Positions 23,317 through 32,116 of a stretch of DNA of 61,764 bases are shown here, piece after piece. Source of the DNA: Clostridiales bacterium. GTDB lineage: Bacteria > Bacillota > Clostridia > TANB77 > CAG-508. The stretch lies in contig SFKP01000006.1 in assembly GCA_004553715.1 (NCBI GenBank), forward strand, positions 1 through 61,764, read 5' to 3'. How positions within the stretch are numbered: position 1 is the stretch's first letter; each line of letters opens with the position of its first letter. Both the position numbers and the translations under genes were made by a program. A model generated the notes under the pieces. That model was not told the DNA's origin and did no database searches. It worked only from the letters and a program-made list of their open reading frames with translations.

Positions 23317-24855
23317 TTGGCAGAAAAAGAACTAATATTAATAGTAAATTTTTATGGTCAATACAATCAATTAATTGCAAGAAGAGTAAGAGAATGTAAT
23401 GTATATTCTGAAATAGTGCCATATAAAATATCTATAGAAGAAATAAAAGCAAAAAATCCAAAAGGTATAATTTTTACAGGTGGACCTGCAAGTGTATATG
23501 AAGAAGGAGCACCTAAATGTGATAAAGAAATATTTAATTTAGGAATTCCAATACTTGGAATTTGCTATGGAATGCAACTTATGACAAATACTCTAAATGG
23601 AGAAGTTCAAAGGGCAAATAAAAGAGAATATGGAGAAACAAATGTACAAATAGATAATGATTCAAAGCTTTTCCAAGGACTAGAAGAAGAAAATATTTGC
23701 TTAATGAGTCATACGGATTTTGTAGCAAAAGTGCCAGAAGGTTTTAAAAAAATTGGAAGCACAGAAAACTGCCCAATTGCAGCAATGGAGAATGAAGAAA
23801 AAGGATTTTATGGAATTCAATTTCACCCTGAAGTAAATAACACAAAAAATGGTATAAAGATAATTAGAAATTTTATATATAGAGTTTGTAAATGTAAAGG
23901 TAATTGGACAATGTCTTCATTTACAGAAACAAAGATAAAAGAATTAAAAGAAAAGATTGGAGATAAAAAAGCCTTATGTGCATTATCTGGAGGAGTTGAT
24001 TCTTCTGTTGCGGCAGTTTTATTACATAAAGCAATAGGAAAAAACTTAACATGTATCTTCGTTGACCACGGACTACTTAGAAAAAACGAAGGAGACGAGG
24101 TAGAAGAAATCTTTAAGAATCAGTTTGATATTAATCTAATAAGAGTGAATGCTGAAGAGCAATTTTTAAATAAGCTACAAGGAGTAACTGACCCAGAAGA
24201 AAAAAGAAAAATAATAGGGGAAGAATTTATAAGAATCTTTGAAGCTGAGGCTAAAAAAATAGGTAAAGTAGATTACTTAGTACAAGGCACAATTTATCCA
24301 GATGTAATAGAAAGTGGACTTGGAGAGGCAGCTACAATAAAAAGCCATCATAATGTTGGTGGACTTCCAGAGCATGTAGATTTTACAGAAATTATTGAGC
24401 CTCTACGCGATTTATTCAAAGACGAAGTGCGTGTAGCTGGATTAGAATTAGGTATACCAGAAAATTTGGTGTATAGACAACCATTTCCAGGACCAGGCTT
24501 AGGAATAAGAGTAATTGGAGAATTAACAAAAGAAAAACTAGATATCTTAAGAGATGCAGATTATATATTTAGAGAAGAAGTAAAAAATGCAAATTTAGAT
24601 AAAGAACTAAACCAATATTTTGCAGTATTAACAAATATAAAAAGTGTTGGAGTTATGGGAGATTGTAGAACTTATGATTATACAATAGCTTTAAGAAGTG
24701 TAAAAACAACAGACTTTATGACAGCAACTTGGTCAAAAATTCCGTATGAAATATTGGAAAAAGTTTCCAGCAGAATTATAAATGAAGTAAAACATGTAAA
24801 TAGAGTTGTTTATGATATAACAAGTAAACCACCAGCAACAATAGAGTGGGAATAA
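23317..24855 (+). CDS. guaA: GMP synthase (glutamine-hydrolysing)
   Basis: GATase CYGMQ, PP-loop SGGVDSSV, C-terminal ...[12 protein letters not shown] start after GGAGGA. Confidence 0.96.
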   Translation: MAEKELILIVNFYGQYNQLIARRVRECNVYSEIVPYKISIEEIKAKNPKGIIFTGGPASVYEEGAPKCDKEIFNLGIPILGICYGMQLMTNTLNGEVQRANKREYGETNVQIDNDSKLFQGLEEENICLMSHTDFVAKVPEGFKKIGSTENCPIAAMENEEKGFYGIQFHPEVNNTKNGIKIIRNFIYRVCKCKGNWTMSSFTETKIKELKEKIGDKKALCALSGGVDSSVAAVLLHKAIGKNLTCIFVDHGLLRKNEGDEVEEIFKNQFDINLIRVNAEEQFLNKLQGVTDPEEKRKIIGEEFIRIFEAEAKKIGKVDYLVQGTIYPDVIESGLGEAATIKSHHNVGGLPEHVDFTEIIEPLRDLFKDEVRVAGLELGIPENLVYRQPFPGPGLGIRVIGELTKEKLDILRDADYIFREEVKNANLDKELNQYFAVLTNIKSVGVMGDCRTYDYTIALRSVKTTDFMTATWSKIPYEILEKVSSRIINEVKHVNRVVYDITSKPPATIEWE

Positions 24856-24875
24856 AAAATATTTTAATCATATAA

Positions 24876-24912
24876 ATCACCTTGTTTAATAATATTAAAC
24901 AAGGTGATTTTT
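24876..24912 (+). terminator. terminator after guaA, overlapping the RBS and start of the next gene
   Basis: ATCACCTTGTTTAA (24876-24889) pairs with TTAAACAAGGTGAT (24895-24908), then TTTTT. Confidence 0.7.
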
Positions 24913-26139
24913 GTGAAGAAGAAAATAGCTATAATGCTAATATTTATACTTATTATGGTTTTGCCGTTTCAAATACTTGCACAAGATGATGAAGAAACAG
25001 ATTATATTTGGCTAAAGCAAGAGATTGAGATTGCACAAAATATAAAAGAACCTGTTATATATTCAAAATCAGCAGTAATATATGATAGAGGAAGCAAAAC
25101 CATATTATATGGTAAAAACGAACATGAAAGGTTGCCTATGGCTTCAACTACAAAGATTATGACAGCAATAATTTTAGTAGAAAATGTGAGTGATTTAAGC
25201 AAAGAAATTGAAGTAGTAAAAGAAGCAGCAATGGTGGGAGGGTCATCATTAGAATTGAAAACAGGAGATAAAATTACTTACGAAGGGCTTTTATATGGGC
25301 TATTATTGTGCTCTGGAAATGATGCTGCAGCACAAATTGCAATAAGTATGGCAGGAAGCATAGAAGAATTTGCAGACCTAATGAATGCAAAAGCCTATTC
25401 ATTAGGTTTAAAAGATACACATTTTATTACTCCACATGGATTAGATGAAGAAGGTCACTATACTACTGCTTATGAACTGGCTGTTATTGCAGACTACGCA
25501 TTAAATATGCAAAAAATTGCTGAAGTGGTTTCAACAAAAAATTATACAATAGCTGTAAATGGATACCCAAGAGCACTTACGAATACAAATGAATTATTAG
25601 GTTATTTAGAAGGAGTAAATGGAGTAAAAACGGGATTTACACATAATGCAGGCAGATGTTTAGTAACATCTGCTATAAGAGATAATTTTAATATAATAAC
25701 TGTTGTATTAGGAGCAGACACAAAAAAGATCAGAACAAGAGACTCAATTAATCTAATAGAATATGTATATAAAAACTATAAACTAATTAATTTAGAAGAT
25801 AGAGTAGAAGAGGCATATCAAAATTGGAAACTAGTAAACGAAAACAGAATAGAAATAACAAAAGGCATACCAACAAGCAAAATAGAAGTAAAACTTGGAA
25901 AAATCAAATATACGAAATATCCAATCAGAAAAGAAAGCTTAGAAAATATTAATATAGACATAAAAACATATAAATTAAAGCTAAACGCACCAGTAAAAGA
26001 AAACTACCAACTTGCAAACATCATAATAAGCATAGACAACAAAGAAATTATGAGAGTACCAATCGAAATAAAAAAAGAAATAGCAAAAAAAGGAATAAAA
26101 GAATATATAATTGAAACACTAGAACTGCTTTCAAATTAA
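24904..26139 (+). CDS. serine-type D-Ala-D-Ala carboxypeptidase (S11, PBP5-like)
   Basis: Signal peptide, SxxK (ASTTK), SxN (SGND) and KTG (KTGFT). Likely start is GTG 24913 after AAGGTG. Confidence 0.88.
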   Translation: MIFVKKKIAIMLIFILIMVLPFQILAQDDEETDYIWLKQEIEIAQNIKEPVIYSKSAVIYDRGSKTILYGKNEHERLPMASTTKIMTAIILVENVSDLSKEIEVVKEAAMVGGSSLELKTGDKITYEGLLYGLLLCSGNDAAAQIAISMAGSIEEFADLMNAKAYSLGLKDTHFITPHGLDEEGHYTTAYELAVIADYALNMQKIAEVVSTKNYTIAVNGYPRALTNTNELLGYLEGVNGVKTGFTHNAGRCLVTSAIRDNFNIITVVLGADTKKIRTRDSINLIEYVYKNYKLINLEDRVEEAYQNWKLVNENRIEITKGIPTSKIEVKLGKIKYTKYPIRKESLENINIDIKTYKLKLNAPVKENYQLANIIISIDNKEIMRVPIEIKKEIAKKGIKEYIIETLELLSN

Positions 26140-26284
26140 AAAGACCAAGGGACACATTCAGACACTGGGACTTAAGTTTTTGTCTAGCAGTTTTCAGACA
26201 TTTCAGCAAAAAAAGAATATTTTTTTATTATATAGGAAAAGTACTGAAAGCACTGTATTTTTATTTTGAAAATTAAGACATATA

Positions 26285-26328
26285 AAAAACGATAAAATAT
26301 TGATATTTCAACATTTTATCGTTTTTTG
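26285..26328 (-). terminator. bidirectional hairpin terminator downstream of the tRNA pair
   Basis: AACGATAAAAT (26288-26298) pairs with ATTTTATCGTT (26313-26323), flanked by an A-run and a T-run. Confidence 0.75.
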
Positions 26329-26330
26329 TT

Positions 26331-26405
26331 TGGAGGCGACACCCGGATTTGAACCGGGGAATCGGAGTTTTGCAGACTCGTGCCTTACCACTTGGCTATG
26401 TCGCC
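26331..26405 (-). tRNA. tRNA-Cys (GCA), CCA encoded
   Basis: The reverse complement GGCGACATAGCCAAGTGGTAAGGCACGAGTCTGCAAAACTCCGATTCCCCGGTTCAAATCCGGGTGTCGCCTCCA folds as a cloverleaf: 7-bp acceptor, CTGCAAA anticodon loop, TTCAAAT T-loop. Confidence 0.92.
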
Positions 26406-26422
26406 ATAAATTCAAAAAAATG

Positions 26423-26498
26423 TGGAGCGGGAAACGGGGCTCAAACCCGCGACCTATGCCTTGGCAAGGCATCGCTCTATCAACTGAGCTATTCCCGC
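26423..26498 (-). tRNA. tRNA-Gly (GCC), CCA encoded
   Basis: The reverse complement GCGGGAATAGCTCAGTTGATAGAGCGATGCCTTGCCAAGGCATAGGTCGCGGGTTTGAGCCCCGTTTCCCGCTCCA has acceptor GCGGGAA/TTCCCGC and anticodon stem ATGCC/GGCAT with loop TTGCCAA. Confidence 0.9.
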
Positions 26499-26577
26499 AT
26501 GAATTATAAAGCAATTATTATAATAACAAAATAAATATAAAAAGTCAATACAAATTTACAAATAAAAACTGATTAAA

Positions 26578-26720
26578 GTTACAGTTCAGACTAGTTAATA
26601 TATAATCCGCTCCATCTTGCTGTCGGTTGGACATCTTCTTTTCTTAGGCTAAAGCTCGAAAAGAAAAGTGCAACCGACACGTGGAGTTACTAATTTGAAA
26701 ATTTAGGTCTGAACATTAAC
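26578..26720 (-). mobile_element. MITE copy D (full length, opposite orientation)
   Basis: Starts GTTACAGTTCAGA and ends TCTGAACATTAAC. Flanked by TGATTAAA (26570-26577) and TGGTTAAA (26721-26728), a 7/8 direct repeat. Confidence 0.85.
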
Positions 26721-26861
26721 TGGTTAAATATTAAATACAGCAGTTCTTTAAGAGATGCAGAAAAAGTTTTCTCCAATCTGAGGAGAAAAAAAGTACTATA
26801 TCCTGCAAGATAAAGTAATGCTATTAGCAAGTACAAAAGTGATATTTTTTTACATAATCTG

Positions 26862-26890
26862 TTGAAAAAAACGGTGAAATGTAGTATAAT
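26862..26890 (+). promoter_or_regulatory. candidate sigma-A promoter for the adhesin gene (~300-nt leader)
   Basis: TTGAAA (26862-26867), 17 nt, TATAAT (26885-26890). Confidence 0.5.
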
Positions 26891-27186
26891 AAATGCGTGT
26901 AGAGATTATGAAATTCTAAAAAACGACATTTTTATACAAAAAATTCAAATAATCTCTAAAGCATACGGAAATAAAGAAAAACAATATGTTATTTGAGAAA
27001 ACAGCTAAAATGTTATGCAAATGTCATATTTAAATATACAAATGAATATTTTTTTTGATAGCGTATTTCCTTAAGTAATTTTTTACTTATATAAATATAA
27101 TATGTGCGAGAAACCAATTTATGCTATTGAAAAATATAAAAAAATCAATATAATTAATATAATATATATATAAGGAAGGTATGTGT

Positions 27187-30100
27187 ATGAAGAAATTTAA
27201 AATTTTATTAGGATTACTTGTTTTTGTATTAACATTAAGTTTTTTAGAAATTAGAGTAAACGCAATAAACGAACCAATGATATTAAATATTAATGAAACA
27301 AGACCATTTAGTGATGATGATGGGGATGGAACAGTAGGAAATGACAAATATACAATATTTAGCAATCCAGCACAAACAATATTTAAGATAGGTGAACGAT
27401 TAGAAACAAGCGAAGAACTACAATACTTAAAAAGTTTATATTGTTTAAGATTTGGATTAGGTTTTGGTGCTGAAAATACAGACATACAAAATCTACAAGA
27501 CATTACATATAATAAATTGGGAAATCTAAAAACAAACGTAGATGAAATAATTGAATATTATACCAATACTGTTGGATACAATAACATAGATACAGAATAC
27601 ACATATATAGATACAGACAACGAAGAATATCTTTTTACACCATATAACTGTATTTTATGGTTAGCAGATAATATCGCTTTAATAAATGAAAATATTCAAA
27701 TTACAGATTCTGAAATTGTTGATTTATTAACAAATGCAGGAATATTTCCATTGCCACAAAACAACACATTAAAATTAACATTAGATGATATAGATGTTAT
27801 TCAGCAATGTGCCTTTTGGACATTTTCAAATTATGCAGGGTTTATAAAAGAAGATCAAGCTATAGATAACTTGTTAAAAATAAACACTTCAAATTTAGAT
27901 GAAATAGATACTACACGACAAAGAGGAAAGCAAGTAAAAAAATTATATGATTATTTAGTAACATCAGCTAAAAAAGGTGCAGCAAGCTATGGAACAGGAA
28001 ATGTAAGACCAATAAATGGAGAAGTGAATTTACCAGGAGTGGAATTAGAAACAACATTATCAGCAACAGTTTTTGAAAAAAGTTTTGAATATAATGGAAT
28101 AAGTAATTCGTATTATGTTGTAGGGCCTTTCAAATTAAACATTACAAATCCAAATGATTCTTGGAACATTGATGTCGTTCCTACATTTGGATATAAATCA
28201 ACAATTACGGCAACAGAATATACTATTATAAATAGAGCAATGTTAATAACAATAAATAATGAAGTCGTAACTAATTTTAATTATGATATTAAAGATGGTG
28301 AACAATTTTATGTGGCAATAAATAAAGATAGTATGGATGGAGCAACAATAGTTGAATTTAAATTGAGTATAGATTATACATATTCAAGAATAGATAGAAT
28401 TGCTACTTTATGGACTGCTGAACCAAGTGATCAACCAGTATTATTAGTAGAAGATGAGGTTATAGATGGTAATGGTAATACAGAAACAGTTGTAGAAAAC
28501 AGAAAACCAGACTTTGCACTTCGTAAATACATAACAAAAATAGAAAGAGATGGAGAAGAAGTAACTATAGCTTCAAGAGTTCCAGTTCCAGATACATCTA
28601 CACTTACAACAGGAGAATCAACAACAGCAATATATAAACACTTAAAAACGCCAGTAGAAGTAAAAACAGGAGATATTGTTACTTATACAATAGCGGTATA
28701 TAATGAAGGAAATATAGAAGGTAGAGTAACGAAAATAACAGATTATATACCAGCAGGATTAGAATATGATGCTACATTAAATACGGATATTACTGCAAAT
28801 TTAGATGGTAACAAACTAGAAATAACATTAAATGGAAATAATTTACCAGCTTTTACAGGGGAAGGAATATCAAGCACATCGGTTAGTGTCAAATTAAGAG
28901 TAACAGCAACACAAAATCAAAAAGATCAAGTATTTACAAATATAGCAGAAATATCGGCGTTTGCACTAGAAGGAGAAGAAATAAATTCAGATAGAGATTC
29001 AACGCCAGATAATTTAGAAATGCCAACAGATTTAGAAAACTATTGGGGAACAGACATAATCCAAGGTTTAACAGAATCAGAAAATTATTATGTAGGACAA
29101 GAAGATGATGATGACTTTGAAAAAGTATTTATAAGAGGAGTAAATGCAGACTTTGCGCTTCGTAAATATATAACAAGAGTAGAAAGAAATGGAGAAGAAG
29201 TAATAATTTCATCAAGAGTACCATCTATTGATTTTTCAAATATAAAACCAACAAAAGATATGGCAAGAGAAACAACAGCAACATATAAACACTCAAAGAA
29301 ACCAGTAGAAGTGAAAACAGGAGATATTGTTACATATACAATAGCTGTATATAATGAAGGGCAAATAGAAGGAAAAGTAACAGAAATTATTGATTACTTA
29401 CCAGATGGAATAGAGTTTGTACCAGAAAAAAACCCAGATTTTGTTGCAGTAAGAGATGGAGACGACATACAAAACTTAAGTGAAGATGATATACAAGAAA
29501 TACTACAAGAAGCAGAAACTACTAAAAAATACTTATATCAAATATTAGATAACAAATTAATAATAAAATATTTAGAAGAATATACATTAAATCCAATAAC
29601 TGCAGACACAGATAAATTAGATAGCAAGGAAATAAATATAGTATGTAAAGTAATTGCTATCGAGCAAGAAGCAGATTTAGTATTAACTAATATGGCAGAA
29701 ATATCTGAATACGAAGTAGAAGGAGATATAGAGGATAGAGATTCAAAACCAAACTATCCAGCAATACCAACAGACTTAGAAAACTATTGGGGAACAAATA
29801 TAATTCAAGGTGAAACAGAATCAGAAAATTATTATGTAGGACAAGAAGATGATGATGATTTTGAAAAAGTAGTAATAAAAGGAGCAAATTTTGACTTAGC
29901 ACTTCGTAAATTTATTTCATCAATCAAGAGAAATGGAGAAGAAATTCTAGACGAAGATAGATCTCCTGAAGTAGATATAAGTACACTTACAACAACTACA
30001 ACAGCAAGTTATACACATTCAAAAGATGCAGTAACAGTAAAAACTGGAGATATCGTAACATATACTCTAAGGGTATATAATGAAGGAGAACTTAATGGAT

Positions 30101-31851
30101 ATGTTAATACTATTACAGAACATATTCCAGAAGGATTAGAGTTCATTCTAGATAGTGATGTAAATACAACATATATGTGGACATTTGAAAATGTACTAAA
30201 TATAAATATAATAAATACAAATTATTGGTCTAAGGCTCGTACAGATAATGGAGAAGTAGAAGGACTACTAAAAGGATATGATGGAGGAAGAGATTTAGAC
30301 TATAGAGATGTAAAAATAGAATTTAAAGTAATTGCACCAAATACATATGAAAATGAAATAGTAAATATTGCAGAAATTTCAAATTCAGTTGCAGTAAATG
30401 AAAATAATCAAATATTAAATATTAGTGATAGGGACTCTGTAAATCCGGTAAATATTGAAAATTATATATTAAAACCAGCACCAGAAAATAGTACTTATCA
30501 AGAAGATGATGATGATTATGAAAGATTACAAGTTAGATACTTTGACTTAGCTTTACGTAAATTTATTACAGCTGTAAATGAAACTGAAGTAACATCAAGA
30601 ATACCAGAAGTAGTGTTAAATGAAGAAACAGGAGATTTAGAATATATACATGATAAAACACCGGTAGAAGTAGTAAATGCAGATTTAGTAACATATACAA
30701 TAAGAGTATACAATGAAGGTTCAATTGCAGGATATGCTGAAGAAATAGTAGATGATATACCAGCAGGACTTGTATATATTCCTACAAATACAGTAAATAA
30801 AAGTTATAGATGGAAGATGTTAGATAGCCAAGGAAATGAAACAGAGAATGTAGAAGAAGCAGTAAGGTTAACTACAGATTATCTATCAGAAGCATATGGA
30901 AACACTCTTATGAGTGATGAAGACAATATTAATCCAAACTTAATAAATCCATTTGATAGCAATTTACCAATAAGCAATATAGAACCATTTAACCCAGATT
31001 ATAGAGATGTTAAATTGGTATTCCAAGTAGATGATTCAGCTGTTCCAGTAGAAAATGAAGACAGAATTATTATAAATCATGCACAAATTGCAGAAGATAG
31101 TGATGATGATGAAGATTCAACTCCAGGAGAATGGATTGACGGTGAAGATGACCAAGATGTTGAAAGCATATATGTTAAAACTTTTGATTTAAGCTTACAA
31201 AAATGGGTAACAAAAACTATTGTGACAATAGATGGAGTAACGACTACGACAGAAACAGGATTTAAACCAAATGTAGGACTTACAGAACAAGAAGGAAGAC
31301 CAAATAACGAAAATGAGCCACTAGCACAAGTTGTAATTGACAAGAAAAAAATTAACAAAACGGAAGTAAAATTTGTATATTCAATAAGAGTAGCAAATGA
31401 AGGTGATATAGCTGGATATGCTACAGAAATTACAGATTATATTCCAGAAGGATTAAAATTTGTACAAGAAGATAACCCAATTTGGGAAAAGGTTGGAGAA
31501 ACAAAAATAGTAACCCATGCACTAGAAACAACATTACTAAATCCAGGAGAAAGCAAAGAAATCGAAGTTATATTTACTTGGATAAATGACGAGAACAATC
31601 TTGGAGTAAAAACAAATATTGCAGCAATTACTGCAGATTATAATGAATATGGAGATGCAGCAGATATCGATTCAACACCAGGAGATATAGATATTACACA
31701 ATATGATCACGAACAAGAAGATGATGATGATTATGCATTAGTAATATTAACAGTAAAAACTGGTGGGGGAAATTCATATATAGCAATAGGATTAGTTGTA
31801 ATTGCAATTATAGCAACAGGAATAGTACTTATTAAAAGATATGTATTATAA
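27187..31851 (+). CDS. large cell-surface adhesin: signal peptide, possible thioester-type N-terminal domain, five DUF11-like repeat modules, C-terminal membrane or sorting anchor
   Basis: MKKFKILLGLLVFVLTLSFLEIRVNA signal peptide. Five modules start D(F/L)ALRK(Y/F)I (from about nt 28510, 29150, 29893, 30543, 31186), each with TGDIVTYTI.VYNEG and (D/E)YIP.GLE. Modules are separated by DRDS.P...EDDDD acidic linkers. C-terminus is VKTGG + hydrophobic stretch + KRYVL. ATG 27187 is preferred over 27181 because the AAGGAAGG RBS ends at 27180. Confidence 0.8.
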   Translation: MKKFKILLGLLVFVLTLSFLEIRVNAINEPMILNINETRPFSDDDGDGTVGNDKYTIFSNPAQTIFKIGERLETSEELQYLKSLYCLRFGLGFGAENTDIQNLQDITYNKLGNLKTNVDEIIEYYTNTVGYNNIDTEYTYIDTDNEEYLFTPYNCILWLADNIALINENIQITDSEIVDLLTNAGIFPLPQNNTLKLTLDDIDVIQQCAFWTFSNYAGFIKEDQAIDNLLKINTSNLDEIDTTRQRGKQVKKLYDYLVTSAKKGAASYGTGNVRPINGEVNLPGVELETTLSATVFEKSFEYNGISNSYYVVGPFKLNITNPNDSWNIDVVPTFGYKSTITATEYTIINRAMLITINNEVVTNFNYDIKDGEQFYVAINKDSMDGATIVEFKLSIDYTYSRIDRIATLWTAEPSDQPVLLVEDEVIDGNGNTETVVENRKPDFALRKYITKIERDGEEVTIASRVPVPDTSTLTTGESTTAIYKHLKTPVEVKTGDIVTYTIAVYNEGNIEGRVTKITDYIPAGLEYDATLNTDITANLDGNKLEITLNGNNLPAFTGEGISSTSVSVKLRVTATQNQKDQVFTNIAEISAFALEGEEINSDRDSTPDNLEMPTDLENYWGTDIIQGLTESENYYVGQEDDDDFEKVFIRGVNADFALRKYITRVERNGEEVIISSRVPSIDFSNIKPTKDMARETTATYKHSKKPVEVKTGDIVTYTIAVYNEGQIEGKVTEIIDYLPDGIEFVPEKNPDFVAVRDGDDIQNLSEDDIQEILQEAETTKKYLYQILDNKLIIKYLEEYTLNPITADTDKLDSKEINIVCKVIAIEQEADLVLTNMAEISEYEVEGDIEDRDSKPNYPAIPTDLENYWGTNIIQGETESENYYVGQEDDDDFEKVVIKGANFDLALRKFISSIKRNGEEILDEDRSPEVDISTLTTTTTASYTHSKDAVTVKTGDIVTYTLRVYNEGELNGYVNTITEHIPEGLEFILDSDVNTTYMWTFENVLNINIINTNYWSKARTDNGEVEGLLKGYDGGRDLDYRDVKIEFKVIAPNTYENEIVNIAEISNSVAVNENNQILNISDRDSVNPVNIENYILKPAPENSTYQEDDDDYERLQVRYFDLALRKFITAVNETEVTSRIPEVVLNEETGDLEYIHDKTPVEVVNADLVTYTIRVYNEGSIAGYAEEIVDDIPAGLVYIPTNTVNKSYRWKMLDSQGNETENVEEAVRLTTDYLSEAYGNTLMSDEDNINPNLINPFDSNLPISNIEPFNPDYRDVKLVFQVDDSAVPVENEDRIIINHAQIAEDSDDDEDSTPGEWIDGEDDQDVESIYVKTFDLSLQKWVTKTIVTIDGVTTTTETGFKPNVGLTEQEGRPNNENEPLAQVVIDKKKINKTEVKFVYSIRVANEGDIAGYATEITDYIPEGLKFVQEDNPIWEKVGETKIVTHALETTLLNPGESKEIEVIFTWINDENNLGVKTNIAAITADYNEYGDAADIDSTPGDIDITQYDHEQEDDDDYALVILTVKTGGGNSYIAIGLVVIAIIATGIVLIKRYVL

Positions 31852-31898
31852 TGAATAAAAATATTGGCCTTACTTGATTTAAGTGAGGTCAATATCCT

Positions 31899-32024
31899 GT
31901 TACAGTTCAGATTAATTAATATATAATCCGCTCCATCTTGCTGTCGGTTGGACATTTTCTTTTCTTAGGCTAAAGCACGAAAAGAAAAGTGCAACCGACA
32001 CGTGGAGCTACTTTTGGTCTGAAC
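31899..32024 (-). mobile_element. MITE copy E (same orientation as D; short internal deletion and one shortened end)
   Basis: Starts GTTACAGTTCAGA and ends GGTCTGAAC. 8-bp direct repeat AATATCCT at 31891-31898 and 32025-32032. Confidence 0.85.
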
Positions 32025-32054
32025 AATATCCTTTTCAGAATGTAAATTGACATG

Positions 32055-32084
32055 TTGACAAATAAAAAAAATCTATGCTATAAT
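32055..32084 (+). promoter_or_regulatory. sigma-A promoter (extended -10) for the 32117-34021 gene pair
   Basis: TTGACA (32055-32060), 18 nt, TGCTATAAT with TATAAT at 32079-32084. Confidence 0.6.
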
Positions 32085-32116
32085 TTCTTTGAAAAAAGAG
32101 TAAAGGAAGTAATAAA

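Noticed and set aside
26300-26534. Three ORFs (26300-26509 +, 26308-26514 -, 26349-26534 +)
   Set aside because: They overlap the tRNA-Cys and tRNA-Gly genes completely. The tRNA cloverleaves explain the sequence.
26721-27186. c-di-GMP or other known riboswitch in the adhesin leader
   Set aside because: I looked for GEMM-I/II-like cores and T-box or other familiar motifs and recognised none. Only a generic inverted repeat is present, and it is kept as a low-interest finding.
27087-27503. Minus-strand 138-aa ORF overlapping the adhesin start, and minus-strand ORF 36610-37212 overlapping the pilin-like gene
   Set aside because: Both are antisense to better-supported genes, have low-complexity hydrophobic translations and no RBS.
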